A stretch of 64,000 nucleotides of DNA, from assembly GCF_009914755.1 (NCBI RefSeq), contig NC_060948.1, one strand, 5' to 3'. The position numbers and the translations under genes are program-made. The notes beneath the pieces were generated by a model. The model saw nothing but the letters and a program-made list of their open reading frames with translations, did no database searches and was not told where the DNA came from. The stretch is from the human T2T-CHM13v2.0 reference genome, Homo sapiens. Each line of letters opens with the position of its first letter. Positions within the stretch are counted from its first letter, which is position 1. This document shows positions 1 to 12,697 of the stretch, piece after piece.

Positions 1-3000
1 CCTTTAGAGTCTACATTGGGCCTAGGTCTCATTGAGGGCAGATAGAGAGCAGACTGTGCAACCTTTAGAGTCTGCACTTGGCCTAGGTCTCATTGAGGAC
101 ACATAGAGAGCAGACTGTGCAACCTTTAGAGTCTGCATTGGGCCTAGGTCTCGTTGAGGGCAGATAGAGAGCAGACTGTGCAAACTTTAGAGTTTGCATT
201 GGGCCTAGGTCTCATTGAGGAGAGATAGAGAGCAGACTGTGCAACCTTTAGAGTCTGCATTGGGCCTAGGTCTCATTGAGGACAGATGGAGAGCACACTG
301 TGCAACCTTTAGAGTCCGCATTGGGCCTAGGTCTCATTGAGGACAGATAGAGACCAGACTGTGCAACCTTTAGTGTTTGCATTGGGCCTAGGTCTCATTG
401 AGGGCAGATAGAGAGCAGAATGTGCAACCCTTAGAGTCTGCATTGGGCCTAGGTCTCATTGAGGACAGATAGAGAGCAGACTGTGCAACCTTTAGAGTCT
501 GCACTGGGCCTAGGTCTCTTTGAGGACAGACAGAGAGCAGACTGTGCAAACTTTAGAGTCTGCACTGGGCCTAGGTCTCATTGAGGACACATAGAGAGCA
601 GACTGTGCAACCTTTAGAGTCTGCATTGGGCCTATGTCTCATTGAGGACAGTTAGAGAGCAGACTGTGCAAACTTTAGAGTCTGCATTTGGCCTACGTCT
701 CATTGAGGACAAAAAGAGACCAGAGTGTGCAACCTTTAGAGTCGGCATTGGGACTCGGTCTCATTGAGGACAGATAGAGAGCAGACTGTAGAACCTTCAT
801 AGTCTGCATTGGGCCTAGGTCTCATTGAGGTCAGATAGAGAGCAGACTGTGCAAGCTTTAGAGTCTGCACTTGGCCTAGGTCTCATTGAGGACAGATAGA
901 GAGCAGACTGTGCAAACTTTAGAGTCTGCATTGGGCCTAGGTCTCATTGAGGGCAGATAGAGACCAGACTATGCAACGTTTAGAGTCTGCATTGGGCCTA
1001 GGTGTCATTGAGGGCAGTTAGAGAGCAGACTGTGCAACCTTTAGAATCTGCATTGGGCCTAGGTCTCATTGAGAGCAGATAGAGAGCACACTGTGCAAAC
1101 TTTAGAGTCGGCATTGGGCCTAGGTCTCATTGAGGACAGATAGAGACCGGACTGTGCAACCTTTAGAGTCTGCATTGGGCCTAGGTCTCATTGAGGACAG
1201 ATAGAGAGCACACTAGGCAACCATTAGAGTCCGCACTGGTCCTAGGTCTCATTGAGGACAGATATAGAGCAGACTGTGCAACCTTTAGAGTCTGCATTGG
1301 GCCTGGGTCTCATTGAGGACAGATAGCGACCAGACTGTACAACCTTTAGAGTCTGCATTGGGCTTAGGTCTCATTGAGGGCAGTTAGAGAGCAGACTGTG
1401 CAACCTTTAGAGTCTGCATTGGGCCTAGGTCTCATTGAGAGCAGATAGAGAGCACACTGTGCAACCTCTAGAGTCGGCATTGGGCCTAGGTCTCATTGAG
1501 GACAGATAGAGACCAGACTGTTGAAACTTTAGAGGCTGCATTGGGCCTAGGTCTCATTGAGGACAGATAGAGGGCAGACTGTGCAACCTTTAGAGTCTGC
1601 AATGGACCTAGGTCTCATTGAGGACAGATACGGAGCAGACTGTGCAAACTTTAAAGTCTGCACTGAGCCTAGGTCTCATTGAGGGCAGATAGAGACCAGA
1701 CTGTGCAACCTTTAGAGTCTGCATTGGGTCTAGGTCTCACTGAGGCGAGATAGAGAGCAGACTTTGCAAACTTTAGAGTCTCCATTGGGTCTAGGTCTCA
1801 CTGAGGACTGACAGGAGCAGACTATGCAACCTTTAGAGTCTGCACTGGCCCTAGGTCTCATTGAGGACAGATAGAGAGCAGACTGCGCAAACTTTAGAGT
1901 CTGCATTGGGCCTAGGTCTCACTGAGGACAGATAGAGAGCACACTGTGTAACCTTTAGAGTCTGCATAGAGCCTCGGTCTCATTGAGGACAGATAGAGAG
2001 CAGACTGTGCAACCTTTAGAGTCTCTATTGGGCCTAGATCTCATTGAGGACAGATAGGGAGCGGACTGTGCAACCTTTAGAGTCTGCATTGGGCCTAGGT
2101 CTCATTGAGGGCAGATAGAGAGCAGGCTCGGCAACCCTTAGAGTCTGCATTGGGCCTAGATCTTATTGAGGACAGATAGAGAGCATACTATGCAACCTTG
2201 AGAGTCTGCACTGGGCCTAGGTCTCATTGAGGACACATAGAGAGCAGACTGTGCAACCTTTAGAGTCTGCATTGGGCCTATGTCTCATTGAGGACAGTTA
2301 GAGAGCAGACTGTGCAACCTTTAGAGTCTGCATTTGGCCTAGGTCTCATTGAGGACAGAAAGAGACCAGAGTGTGCAACCTTTAGAGTTTGCATTGGGCC
2401 TAGGTCTCATTGAGGACAGATAGAGAGCAGACTGTAGAACCTTTATAGTCTGCATTGGGCCTAGGTCTCATTGAGGTCAGATAGAGAGCAGACTGTGCAA
2501 GCTTTAGAGTCTACACTTGGCCTAGGTCTCATTGAGGACAGATAGAGAACAGACTGTGCAACCTTTAGAGTCTGCATTGGGCCTAGGTCTCATTGAGGGC
2601 AGTTAGAGAGCAGACTGTGCAACCTTTAGAGTCTGCATTGGGCCTAGGTCTCATTGAGAGCAGATAGAGAGCACACTGTGCAACCTCTAGAGTCGGCATT
2701 GGGCCTAGGTCTCATTGAGGACAGATAGAGACCAGACTGTGCAAACTTTAGAGTCTGCATTGGGCCTAGGTCTCATTGAGGACAGATAGAGGGCAGACTG
2801 TGCAACGTTTAGAGTCTGCATTGGGCCTAGGTCTCATTGAGGACAGATAGAGAGCAGACTGTGAAACCTTTAGAGTCTGCACTGGGCCTAGGTCTCATTG
2901 AGGGCAGATAGAGACCATACTGTGCAACCTTTAGAGTCTGCATTGGGTCTAGGTCTCACTGAGGAGAGATAGAGAGCAGACTTTGCAAACTTTAGAGTCT

Positions 3001-6000
3001 ACATTAGGTCTACGTCTCACTGAGGACTGATAGAGAGCAGACTATGCAACCTTTAGAGTCTGCACTGGCCCTAGGTCTCATTGAGGACACATAGAGAGCA
3101 GACTGCGCAAACTTTAGAGTTTGCATTGGGCCTAGGTCTCACTGAGGACAGATAGAGAGCACACTGTGTAACCTTTAGAGTCTGCGTAGGGCCTCGGTCT
3201 CATTGAGGACCGATAGAGAGCAGACTGTGCCACCTTTAGAGTCTGCATTGGGCCTGGGTCTCATGGAGGAGAAATAGAGAGCAGACTGTGCAACCTTTAG
3301 AGTCTGCATTGGGCCTAGGTCTCATTGAGGACAGATGGAGAGCAGACTGTGCAACCTTTAGAGTCTGCATTGGGTCTATGTCTCATTGAGGGCAGATAGA
3401 GACCAGACTGTGCAACCTTTAGAGTTTGCATTGGGCCTAGGTCTCATTGAGGGCAGATAGAGAGCAGACTGTGCCACCTTTAGAGTCTACATTGGGCCTA
3501 GGTCTCATTGAGGACAGATAGAGAGCAGACTGTGCAACCTTTATAGTCTGCACTGGGCCTAGGTCTCTTTGAGGACAGACAGAGAGCAGACTGTGCAAAC
3601 TTTAGAGTCTGCACTGGGCCTAGGTGTCATTGAGGACAGATAGAGACCAGACTGTGCAACCTTTAGAGTCTGCATTGGGCCTAGGTCTCCTTGAGGTCAG
3701 ATAGGCAGCAGACTGTGCAACCTTTAGAGTCTGCATTGGGTCTAGGTCTAATTGCGGACAGATGGAGAGCAGACTATGCAAAGTTTACAGTCTGCATTGG
3801 GCCTGGGTCTCATTGAGGACAGATAGAGAGCAGACTGTGCAACCTTTAGAGTCTCTATTGGGCCTAGGTCTCATTGAGGACAGATAGAGAGCAGACTGTG
3901 CAACCTTTAGAGTCTGCATTGGGCCTAGGTCTCATTGAGGGCAGATAGAGAGCAGGCTCGGCAACCCTTAGAGTCTGCGTTGGGCTTAGATCTCATTGAG
4001 GACAGATAGAGAGCATACTATGCAACCTTTAGAGTCTGCACTGGGCCTAGGTCTCATTGAGGACACATAGAGAGCAGACTGTGGAACCTTTAGAGTCTGC
4101 ATTGGGCCTATGTCTCAATGAGGACAGTTAGAGAGCAGACTGTGCAACCTTTAGAGTCTGCATTGGGCCTAGGTCTCATTGAGGACAGATAGAGAGCAGA
4201 CTGTAGAACCTTTATAGTCTGCATTGGGCCTAGGTCTCATTGAGGTCAGATAGAGAGCAGACTGTGCAAGCTTTAGAGTCTGCACTTGGCCTAGGTCTCA
4301 TTGAGGACAGATAGAGAGCAGACTGTGCAACCTTTAGAGTCTGCATTGGGCCTAGGTGTCATTGAGGGCAGATAGAGACCAGACTATGCAACGTTTAGAG
4401 TCTGCATTGGGCCTAGGTGTCATTGAGGGCAGTTAGAGAGCAGACTGTGCTACCTTTAGAGTCTGCATTAGGCCTAGGTCTCATTGAGAGCAGATAGAGA
4501 GCACACTGTGCAAACTTTAGAGTCGGCATTGGGCCTAGGTCTCATTGAGGACAGATAGAGACCGGACTGTGCAACCTTTAGAGTCTGCATTGGGCCTAGG
4601 TCTCATTGAGGACAGATAAAGAGCAGACTAGGCAACCATTAGAGTCGGCACTGGTCCTAAGTCTCATTGAGGACAGATATAGAGGAGACTGTGTAACCTT
4701 TAGAGTCTGCATTGGGCCTGGGTCTCATTGAGGACAGATAGCGACCAGACTGTGCAACCTTTAGAGTCTGCATTGGGTCTAGGTCTCATTGAGGGCAGTT
4801 AGAGAGCAGACTGTGCCACCTTTAGAGTCTGCATTGGGCCTAGGTCTCATCGACAGCAGATAGAGAGCACACTGTGCAACCTCTAGAGTCGGCATTGGGC
4901 CTAGGTCTCATTGAGGACAGATAGAGACCAGACTGTTAAAACTTTAGAGTCTGCATTGGGCCTAGGTCTAATTGAGGACAGATAGAGGGCAGACTGTGCA
5001 ACCTTTAGAGTCTGCATTGGGCCTAGGTCTCATTGAGGACAGATACAGAGCAGACTGTGCAAACTTTAAAGTCTGCACTGAACCTAGGTCTCATTGAGGG
5101 CAGATAGAGACCATAATGTGCAACCTTTAGAGTCTGCATTGGGTCTAGGTCTCACTGAGGAGAGATAGAGAGCAGACTTTGCAAACTTTAGAGTCTCCAT
5201 TGGGTCTAGGTCTCACTGAGGACTGATAGAGAGCAGACTATGCAACCTTTAGAGTCTGCACTGGCCCTAGGTCTCATTGAGGACACATAGAGAGCAGACT
5301 GCGCAAACTTTAGAGTCTGCATTGGGCCTAGGTCTCACTGAGGACAGATAGAGAGCACACTGTGTAACCTTTAGAGTCTGCATAGGGCCTCGGTCTCATT
5401 GAGGACCGATAGAGAGCAGACTGTGCCACCTTTAGAGTCTGCATTGGGCCTGGGTCTCATTGAGGACAAATAGAGAGCAGACTGTGCAACCTTTAGAGTC
5501 TGCATTGGGCCTAGGTCTCATTGAGGACAGATAGAGAGCAGACTGTGCAACCTTTAGAGTCTGCATTGGGCCTAGGTCTCATTGAGGGCAGATAGAGAGC
5601 AGACTGTGCAACCTTTAGAGTCTGCACTGGGCCTAGGTCTCATCGAGGACAGATAGAGAGCAGACTGTGCAACCTTTAGAGTCTGCATTGGACCTAGGTC
5701 TCATTGAGGACAGATAGAGAGCAGACTATGCAAACTTTACAGTCTGCACTGGGCCTAGGTCTCATTGAGGACAGATAGAGACCAGAGTGTGCAACCTTTA
5801 GAGTCTGCATTGGGCCTAGGTCTCATTGAGGACAGACAGAGAGCAGACTGTAGAACCTTTATAGTCTGCATTGGGCCTATGTCTCATTGAGGTCAGATAG
5901 AGAGCAGACTGTGCAAGCTTTAGAGTCTGCACTTGGCCTAGGTCTCATTGAGGACAGATAGAGAGCAGACTGTGCAACCTTTAGAGTCTGCATTGGGCCT

Positions 6001-9000
6001 AGGTCTCATTGAGGACAGATAGAGACCAGACTGTGCAACCTTTATAGTCTGCACTGGGCCTAGGTCTCATTGAGGAGAGATAGAGAGCAGACTGCGCAAC
6101 CTTTAGAGTCTTCATTGGGCCTAGGTCTCATTGAGGGCAGATAGAGACCAGAGTGTTCAACCTTTAGAGTCTGCATTGGGCCTAGGTCTCATTGAGGACA
6201 GATAGAGAGCAGACTGTAGAAACTTTATAGTCTGCATTGGGCCTAGGTCTCATTGAGGTCAGATAGAGAACAGACTGTGCAAGCTTTAGAGTCTGCACTT
6301 GGCCTAGGTCTCATTGAGGACAGATAGAGAACAGACTGTGCAACCTTTAGAGTCTGCACTAGGCCTAGGTCTCATTGAGGACAGATAGAGAGCAGACTGT
6401 GCAACCTTTAGAGTCTGCATTGGACCTAGGTCTCATTGAGGACAGATAGAGAGCAGACTATGCAAACTTTAGAGGCTGCACTGAGCCTAGGTCTCATTGA
6501 GGACAGATAGAGAGCAGACTGTGCAACCTTTACAGTCTGCATTGGGTCTGGGCCTCATTCAGGACAGATAGAGACCAGACTGTGCAACCTTTAGAGTCTG
6601 CATTGGGCCTAGGTCTCATTGAGAGCAGATAGAGAGCAGACTGTGCAACCTTTAGAGTCTGCATTGGGCCTAGGTCTCATTGAGGGCAGATAGAGAGCAG
6701 ACTGTGCAAACTTTAGAGTCTGCATTGGGCCTAGGTCTCATTGAGGAGAGATAGAGAGCAGACTGTGCAACCTTTAGAGTCTGCATTGGGCCTAGGTCTC
6801 ATTGAGGACAGATGGAGAGCACACTGTGCAACCTTTAGAGTCCGCATTGGGCCTAGGTCTCATTGAGGACAGATAGAGACCAGACTGTGCAACTTTAGAG
6901 TCTGCATTGGGCCTAGGTCTCATTGAGGGCAGATAGAGAGCAGACTGTGCAACCTTTAGAGTCTGCACTGGGCCTAGGTCTCATTGAGGACAGATAGAGA
7001 GCAGACTGTGCAACCTTTAGAGTCTGCACTGTGCCTAGGTCTCTTTGAGGACAGACAGAGAGCAGACTGTGCAAACTTTAGAGTCTGCACTGGGCCTAGG
7101 TGTCATTGAGGACAGATAGAGACCAGACTGTGCAACCTTTAGAGTCTGCATTGGGCCTAAGTCTCCTTGAGGTCAGATAGACAGCAGACTGTGCAACCTT
7201 TAGAGTCTGCATTGGGCCTAGGTCTAATTGCGGACAGACAGAGAGCAGACTATGCAACGTTTAGAGTCTGCATTGGGCCTGGGTCTCATTGAGGACAGAT
7301 AGAGTGCAGACTGTGCAACCTTTAGAGTCTCTATTGGGCCTAGGTCTCATTGAGGACAGATAGAGAGCGGACTGTGCAACCTTTAGAGTCTGCATTGGGC
7401 CTAGGTCTCATTGAGGGCAGATAGAGAGCAGGCTCGGCAACCCTTAGAGTCTGCATTGGGCTTAGATCTCATTGAGGACAGATAGAGAGCATACTATGCA
7501 ACCTTTAGAGTCTGCACTGGGCCTAGGTCTCATTGAGGACACATAGAGAGCAGACTGTGCAACCTTTAGAGTCTGCATTGGGCCTATGTCTCATTGAGGA
7601 CAGTTAGAGAGCAGACTGTGCAACCTTTAGAGTCTGCATTTGGCCTAGGTCTCATTGAGGACAGAAAGAGACCAGAGTGTGCAACCTTTAGAGTCTGCAT
7701 TGGGCCTAGGTCTCATTGAGGACAGATAGAGAGCAGACTGTAGAACCTTTATAGTCTGCATTGGGCCTAGGTCTCATTGAGGTCAGATAGAGAGCAGACT
7801 GTGCAAGCTTTAGAGTCTGCACTTGGCCTAGGTCTCATTGAGGACAGATAGAGAGCAGACTGTGCAACCTTTAGAGTCTGCATTGGGCCTAGGTCTCATT
7901 GAGGGCAGATAGAGACCAGACTATGCAACGTTTAGAGTCTGCATTGGGCCTAGGTGTCATTGAGGGCAGTTAGAGAGCAGACTGTGCTACCTTTAGAGTC
8001 TGCATTGGGCCTAGGTCTCATTGAGAGCAGATAGAGAGCACACTGTGCAAACTTTAGAGTCGGCATTGGGCCTAGGTCTCATTGAGGACAGATAGAGACC
8101 GGACTGTGCAACCTTTAGAGTCTGCATTGGGCCTAGGTCTCATTGAGGACAGATAAAGAGCAGACTAGGCAACCATTAGAGTCGGCACTTTTCCTAGGTC
8201 TCATTGAGGACAGATATAGAGCAGACTGTGCAACCTTTAGAGTCTGCATTGGGTCTGGGTCTCATTGAGGACAGATAGCGACCAGACTGTGCAACCTTTA
8301 GAGTCTGCTTTGGGCTTAGGTCTCATTGAGGGCAGTTAGAGAGCAGACTGTGCAACCTTTAGAGTCTGCATTGGGTCTAGGTCTCATTGAGAGCAGATAG
8401 AGAGCACACTGTGCAACCTCTAGAGTCGGCATTGGGCCTAGGTCTCATTGAGGACAGATAGAGACCAGACTGTTAAAACTTTAGAGTCTGCATTGGGCCT
8501 AGGTCTCATTGAGGACAGATAGAGGGCAGACTGTGCAACCTTTAGAGTCTGCATTGGTCCTAGGTCTCATTGAGGACAGATAGAGAGCAGACTGCGCAAA
8601 CTTTAGAGTCTGCATTGGGCCTAGGTCTCACTGAGGACAGATAGAGAGCACACTGTGTAACCTTTAGAGTCTGCATAGGGCCTCGGTCTCATTGAGGACC
8701 GATAGAGAGCAGACTGTGCAACCTTTAGAGTCTGCATTGGGCCTGGGTCTCATTGAGGACAAATAGAGAGCAGACTGTGCAACCTTTAGAGTCTGCATTG
8801 GGCCTAGGTCTCATTGAGGACAGATAGAGAGCAGACTGTGCAACCTTTAGAGTCTGCATTGGGCCTAGGTCTCATTGAGGGCAGATAGAGAGCAGACTGT
8901 GCAACCTTTAGAGTCTGCACTAGGCCTAGGTCTCATCGAGGACAGATAGAGAGCAGACTGTGCAACCTTTAGAGTCTGCATTGGACCTAGGTCTCATTGA

Positions 9001-9778
9001 GGACAGATAGAAAGCAGACTATGCAAACTTTACAGTCTGCACTGGGCCTAGGTCTCATTGAGGACAGATAGAGACCAGAGTGTGCAACCTTTAGAGTCTG
9101 CATTGGGCCTAGGTCTCATTGAGGACAGATAGAGAGCAGACTGTAGAACCTTTATAGTCTGCATTGGGCCTAGGTCTCATTGAGGTCAGATAGAGAGCAG
9201 ACTGTGCAAGCTTTAGAGTCTGCACTTGGCCTAGGTCTCATTGAGGACAGATAGAGAGCAGACTGTGCAACCTTTAGAGTCTGCATTGGGCCTAGGTCTC
9301 ATTGAGGACAGATAGAGACCAGACTGTGCAACCTTTATAGTCTGCACTGGGCCTAGGTCTCATTGAGGACAGATAGAGAGCAGACTGCGCAACCTTTAGA
9401 GTCTTCATTGGTCCTAGGTCTCATTGAGGGCAGATAGAGACCAGACTATGCAACCTTTAGAGTCTGCATTGGGCCTAGGTCTCATTGAGGGCAGATAGAG
9501 AGCAGACTGTGCAACCTTTAGAGTATGCATTGGGCCTAGGTCTCATTGAGGGCAGATAGAGAGCAGACTGTGCAACGTTTAGAGTCTGCATTGTGCCTAA
9601 GTCTCATTGAGGACAGATAGAGAGCAGACTGTGCAACCTTTCGAGTCTGCACTGGGCCTAGGTCTCATTGAGGGCAGATAGGGACCAGAGTATGCAACCT
9701 TTAGAGTCTGCACTGGGCCTAGGTCTCATTGAGGGCAGATAGAGACCAGACTATGCAACCTTTAGAGTCTGCATTGGG
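1..9778. repeat. 61-bp tandem repeat array (~160 copies, truncated by window start), DXYS20-type PAR1 subtelomeric minisatellite
   Basis: Unit CCTTTAGAGTCTGCATTGGGCCTAGGTCTCATTGAGGACAGATAGAGAGCAGACTGTGCAA with period 61 read directly. The DXYS20 name is inferred from unit length and position distal to PLCXD1. Confidence 0.93.
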
Positions 9779-9946
9779 ACCCCAGAAATCCTAAACTTTG
9801 TGTGGTCTAAGGACGGTTAGAGAGCCACGTCTGGACCATCCCTGTGGCTGCCACCTGAATGGCGGCCAGCACGAGATCTTATGCTTGCACACTGTGCCTG
9901 CAAGGGTGGGAGGGGCTGGCTTATCTCAGACAACCTCCTGATAGTG

Positions 9947-10045
9947 GGGTAAACCAAAAATAGAATTCTAAGCCCCTCAGCTGACTGAGTGGACCTGTTT
10001 GTAGCCAAGGGGATCCCAAAGAAACCTGAAAAACAACTCAGGCCG
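9947..10045. mobile_element. MER4-family ERV1 LTR terminal fragment
   Basis: GTAAACCAAAAATAGAATTCTAAGCCCCTCAGCTGACTGAGTGGACC...CCTGAAAAACAACTCAGGCC resembles a recalled MER4-group LTR terminus and runs directly into the 26-bp VNTR. Confidence 0.6.
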
Positions 10046-12610
10046 TGACAGGAAGAGGGGATCTCGGGCCGTGACAGGAAGAGGGAGTCTCGGGCCGTGA
10101 CAGGAAGAGGGAGTCTCGGGCCGTGACAGGAAGAGGGAGTCTCGGGCCGTGACTGGAAGAGGGGGTCTCGGGCCGTGACAGGAAGAGGGGGTCTCGGGCC
10201 GTGACAGGAAGAGGGGGTCTCGGGCCGTGACAGGAAGAGGGAGTCTCGGGCCGTGACAGGAAGAGGGGGTCTCGGGCCGTGACAGGAAGAGGGAGTCTCG
10301 GGCCGTGACAGGAAGAGGGAGTCTCGGGCCGTGACAGGAAGAGGGAGTCTCGGGCCGTGATAGGAAGAGGGAGTCTCGGGCCGTGACAGGAAGAGGGGAT
10401 CTCGGGCCGTGACAGGAAGAGGGAGTCTCGGGCCGTGACAGGAAGAGGGGGTCTCGGGCCGTGACAGGAAGAGGGAGTCTCGGGCCGTGACAGGAAGAGG
10501 GGGTCTCCGGCTGTGACAGGAAGAGGGAGTCTCGGGCCGTGACAGGAAGAGGGAGTCTCGGGCCGTGACAGGAAGAGGGAGTCTCGGGCCGTGACAGGAA
10601 GAGGGGATCTCGGGCTGTGACAGGAATAGGGAGTCTCGGGCCGTGACAGGAAGAGGGGGTCTCCGGCTGTGACAGGAAGAGGGAGTCTCGGGCCGTGACT
10701 GGAAGAGGGGGTCTCGGGCCGTGACAGGAAGAGGGGATCTCGGGCCGTGACAGGAAGAGGGAGTCTCGGGCCGTGACAGGAAGAGGGGGTCTCGGGCCGT
10801 GACAGGAAGAGGGGGTCTCGGGCCGTGACAGGAAGAGGGGGTCTCCGGCTGTGACAGGAAGAGGGAGTCTCGGGCCGTGACAGGAAGAGGGAGTCTCGGG
10901 CCGTGACAGGAAGAGGGAGTCTCGGGCCGTGACAGGAAGAGGGGATCTCGGGCTGTGACAGGAAGAGGGAGTCTCGGGCCGTGACAGGAAGAGGGGGTCT
11001 CCGGCTGTGACAGGAAGAGGGAGTCTCGGGCCGTGACTGGAAGAGGGGGTCTCGGGCCGTGACAGGAAGAGGGGGTCTCCGGCTGTGACAGGAAGAGGGA
11101 GTCTCGGGCCGTGACAGGAAGAGGGGGTCTCCGGCTGTGACAGGAAGAGGGAGTCTCGGGCCGTGACAGGAAGAGGGGGTCTCCGGCTGTGACAGGAAGA
11201 GGGGGTCTCGGGCCGTGACTGGAAGAGGGGGTCTCGGGCCGTGACAGGAAGAGGGGGTCTCCGGCCGTGACAGGAAGAGGGAGTCTCGGGCCGTTACAGG
11301 AAGAGGGAGTCTCGGGCCGTGACAGGAAGAGGGAGTCTCGGGCCGTGACAGGAAGAGGGAGTCTCGGGCCGTGACAGGAAGAGGGGATCTCGGGCCGTGA
11401 CAGGAAGAGGGAGTCTCGGGCCGTGACAGGAAGAGGGGGTCTCCGGCTGTGACAGGAAGAGGGAGTCTCGGGCCGTGACTGGAAGAGGGGGTCTCGGGCC
11501 GTGACATGAAGAGGGGGTCTCCGGCCGTGACAGGAAGAGGGAGTCTCGGGCCGTGACAGGAAGAGGGAGTCTCCGGCCGTGACAGGAAGAGGGGGTCTCC
11601 GGCTGTGACAGGAAGAGGGAGTCTCGGGCCGTGACAGGAAGAGGGAGTCTCGGGCCGTGACAGGAAGAGGGAGTCTCGGGCCGTGACAGGAAGAGGGAGT
11701 CTCGGGCCGTGACAGGAAGAGGGGGTCTCGGGCCGTGACAGGAAGAGGGGGTCTCGGGCCGTGACAGGAAGAGGGGGTCTCGGGCCGTGACAGGAAGAGG
11801 GGGTCTCGGGCCGTGACAGGAAGAGGGGGTCTCGGGCCGTGACAGGAAGAGGGGGTCTCGGGCCGTGACAGGAAGAGGGGGTCTCGGGCCGTGACAGGAA
11901 GAGGGGGTCTCGGGCCGTGACAGGAAGAGGGGGTCTCGGGCCGTGACAGGAAGAGGGGGTCTCGGGCCGTGACAGGAAGAGGGGGTCTCGGGCCGTGACA
12001 GGAAGAGGGGGTCTCGGGCCGTGACAGGAAGAGGGGGTCTCGGGCCGTGACAGGAAGAGGGGGTCTCGGGCCGTGACAGGAAGAGGGGGTCTCGGGCCGT
12101 GACAGGAAGAGGGGGTCTCGGGCCGTGACAGGAAGAGGGGGTCTCGGGCCGTGACAGGAAGAGGGGGTCTCGGGCCGTGACAGGAAGAGGGGGTCTCCGG
12201 CTGTGACAGGAAGAGGGAGTCTCGGGCCGTGACAGGAAGAGGGAGTCTCGGGCCGTGACAGGAAGAGGGAGTCTCGGGCCGTGACAGGAAGAGGGGGTCT
12301 CGGGCCGTGACAGGAAGAGGGGGTCTCGGGCCGTGACAGGAAGAGGGGGTCTCGGGCCGTGACAGGAAGAGGGGGTCTCGGGCCGTGACAGGAAGAGGGG
12401 GTCTCGGGCCGTGACAGGAAGAGGGGGTCTCGGGCCGTGACAGGAAGAGGGGGTCTCGGGCCGTGACTGGAAGAGGGGGTCTCCGGCTGTGACAGGAAGA
12501 GGGGGTCTCGGGCCGTGACAGGAAGATGGAGTCTCGGGCTGCGACAGGAAGAGGGGGTCTCGGGCCGTGACAGGAAGAGGGGGTCTCAGGTTGTGACAGG
12601 AAGGAGTCTC
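10040..12610. repeat. 26-bp CpG-rich VNTR (~98 copies)
   Basis: Unit GGCCGTGACAGGAAGAGGG(G/A)GTCTCG, period 26. The block at ~11710-12190 is highly homogeneous. Confidence 0.97.
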
Positions 12611-12697
12611 CTGTTTGTAGGGACTCATCCATTCTGTACAACTCATGTGCATCCTCCCATGTGCATCCTCCTCTGTGCATCCTCCCATGTGCATCCT

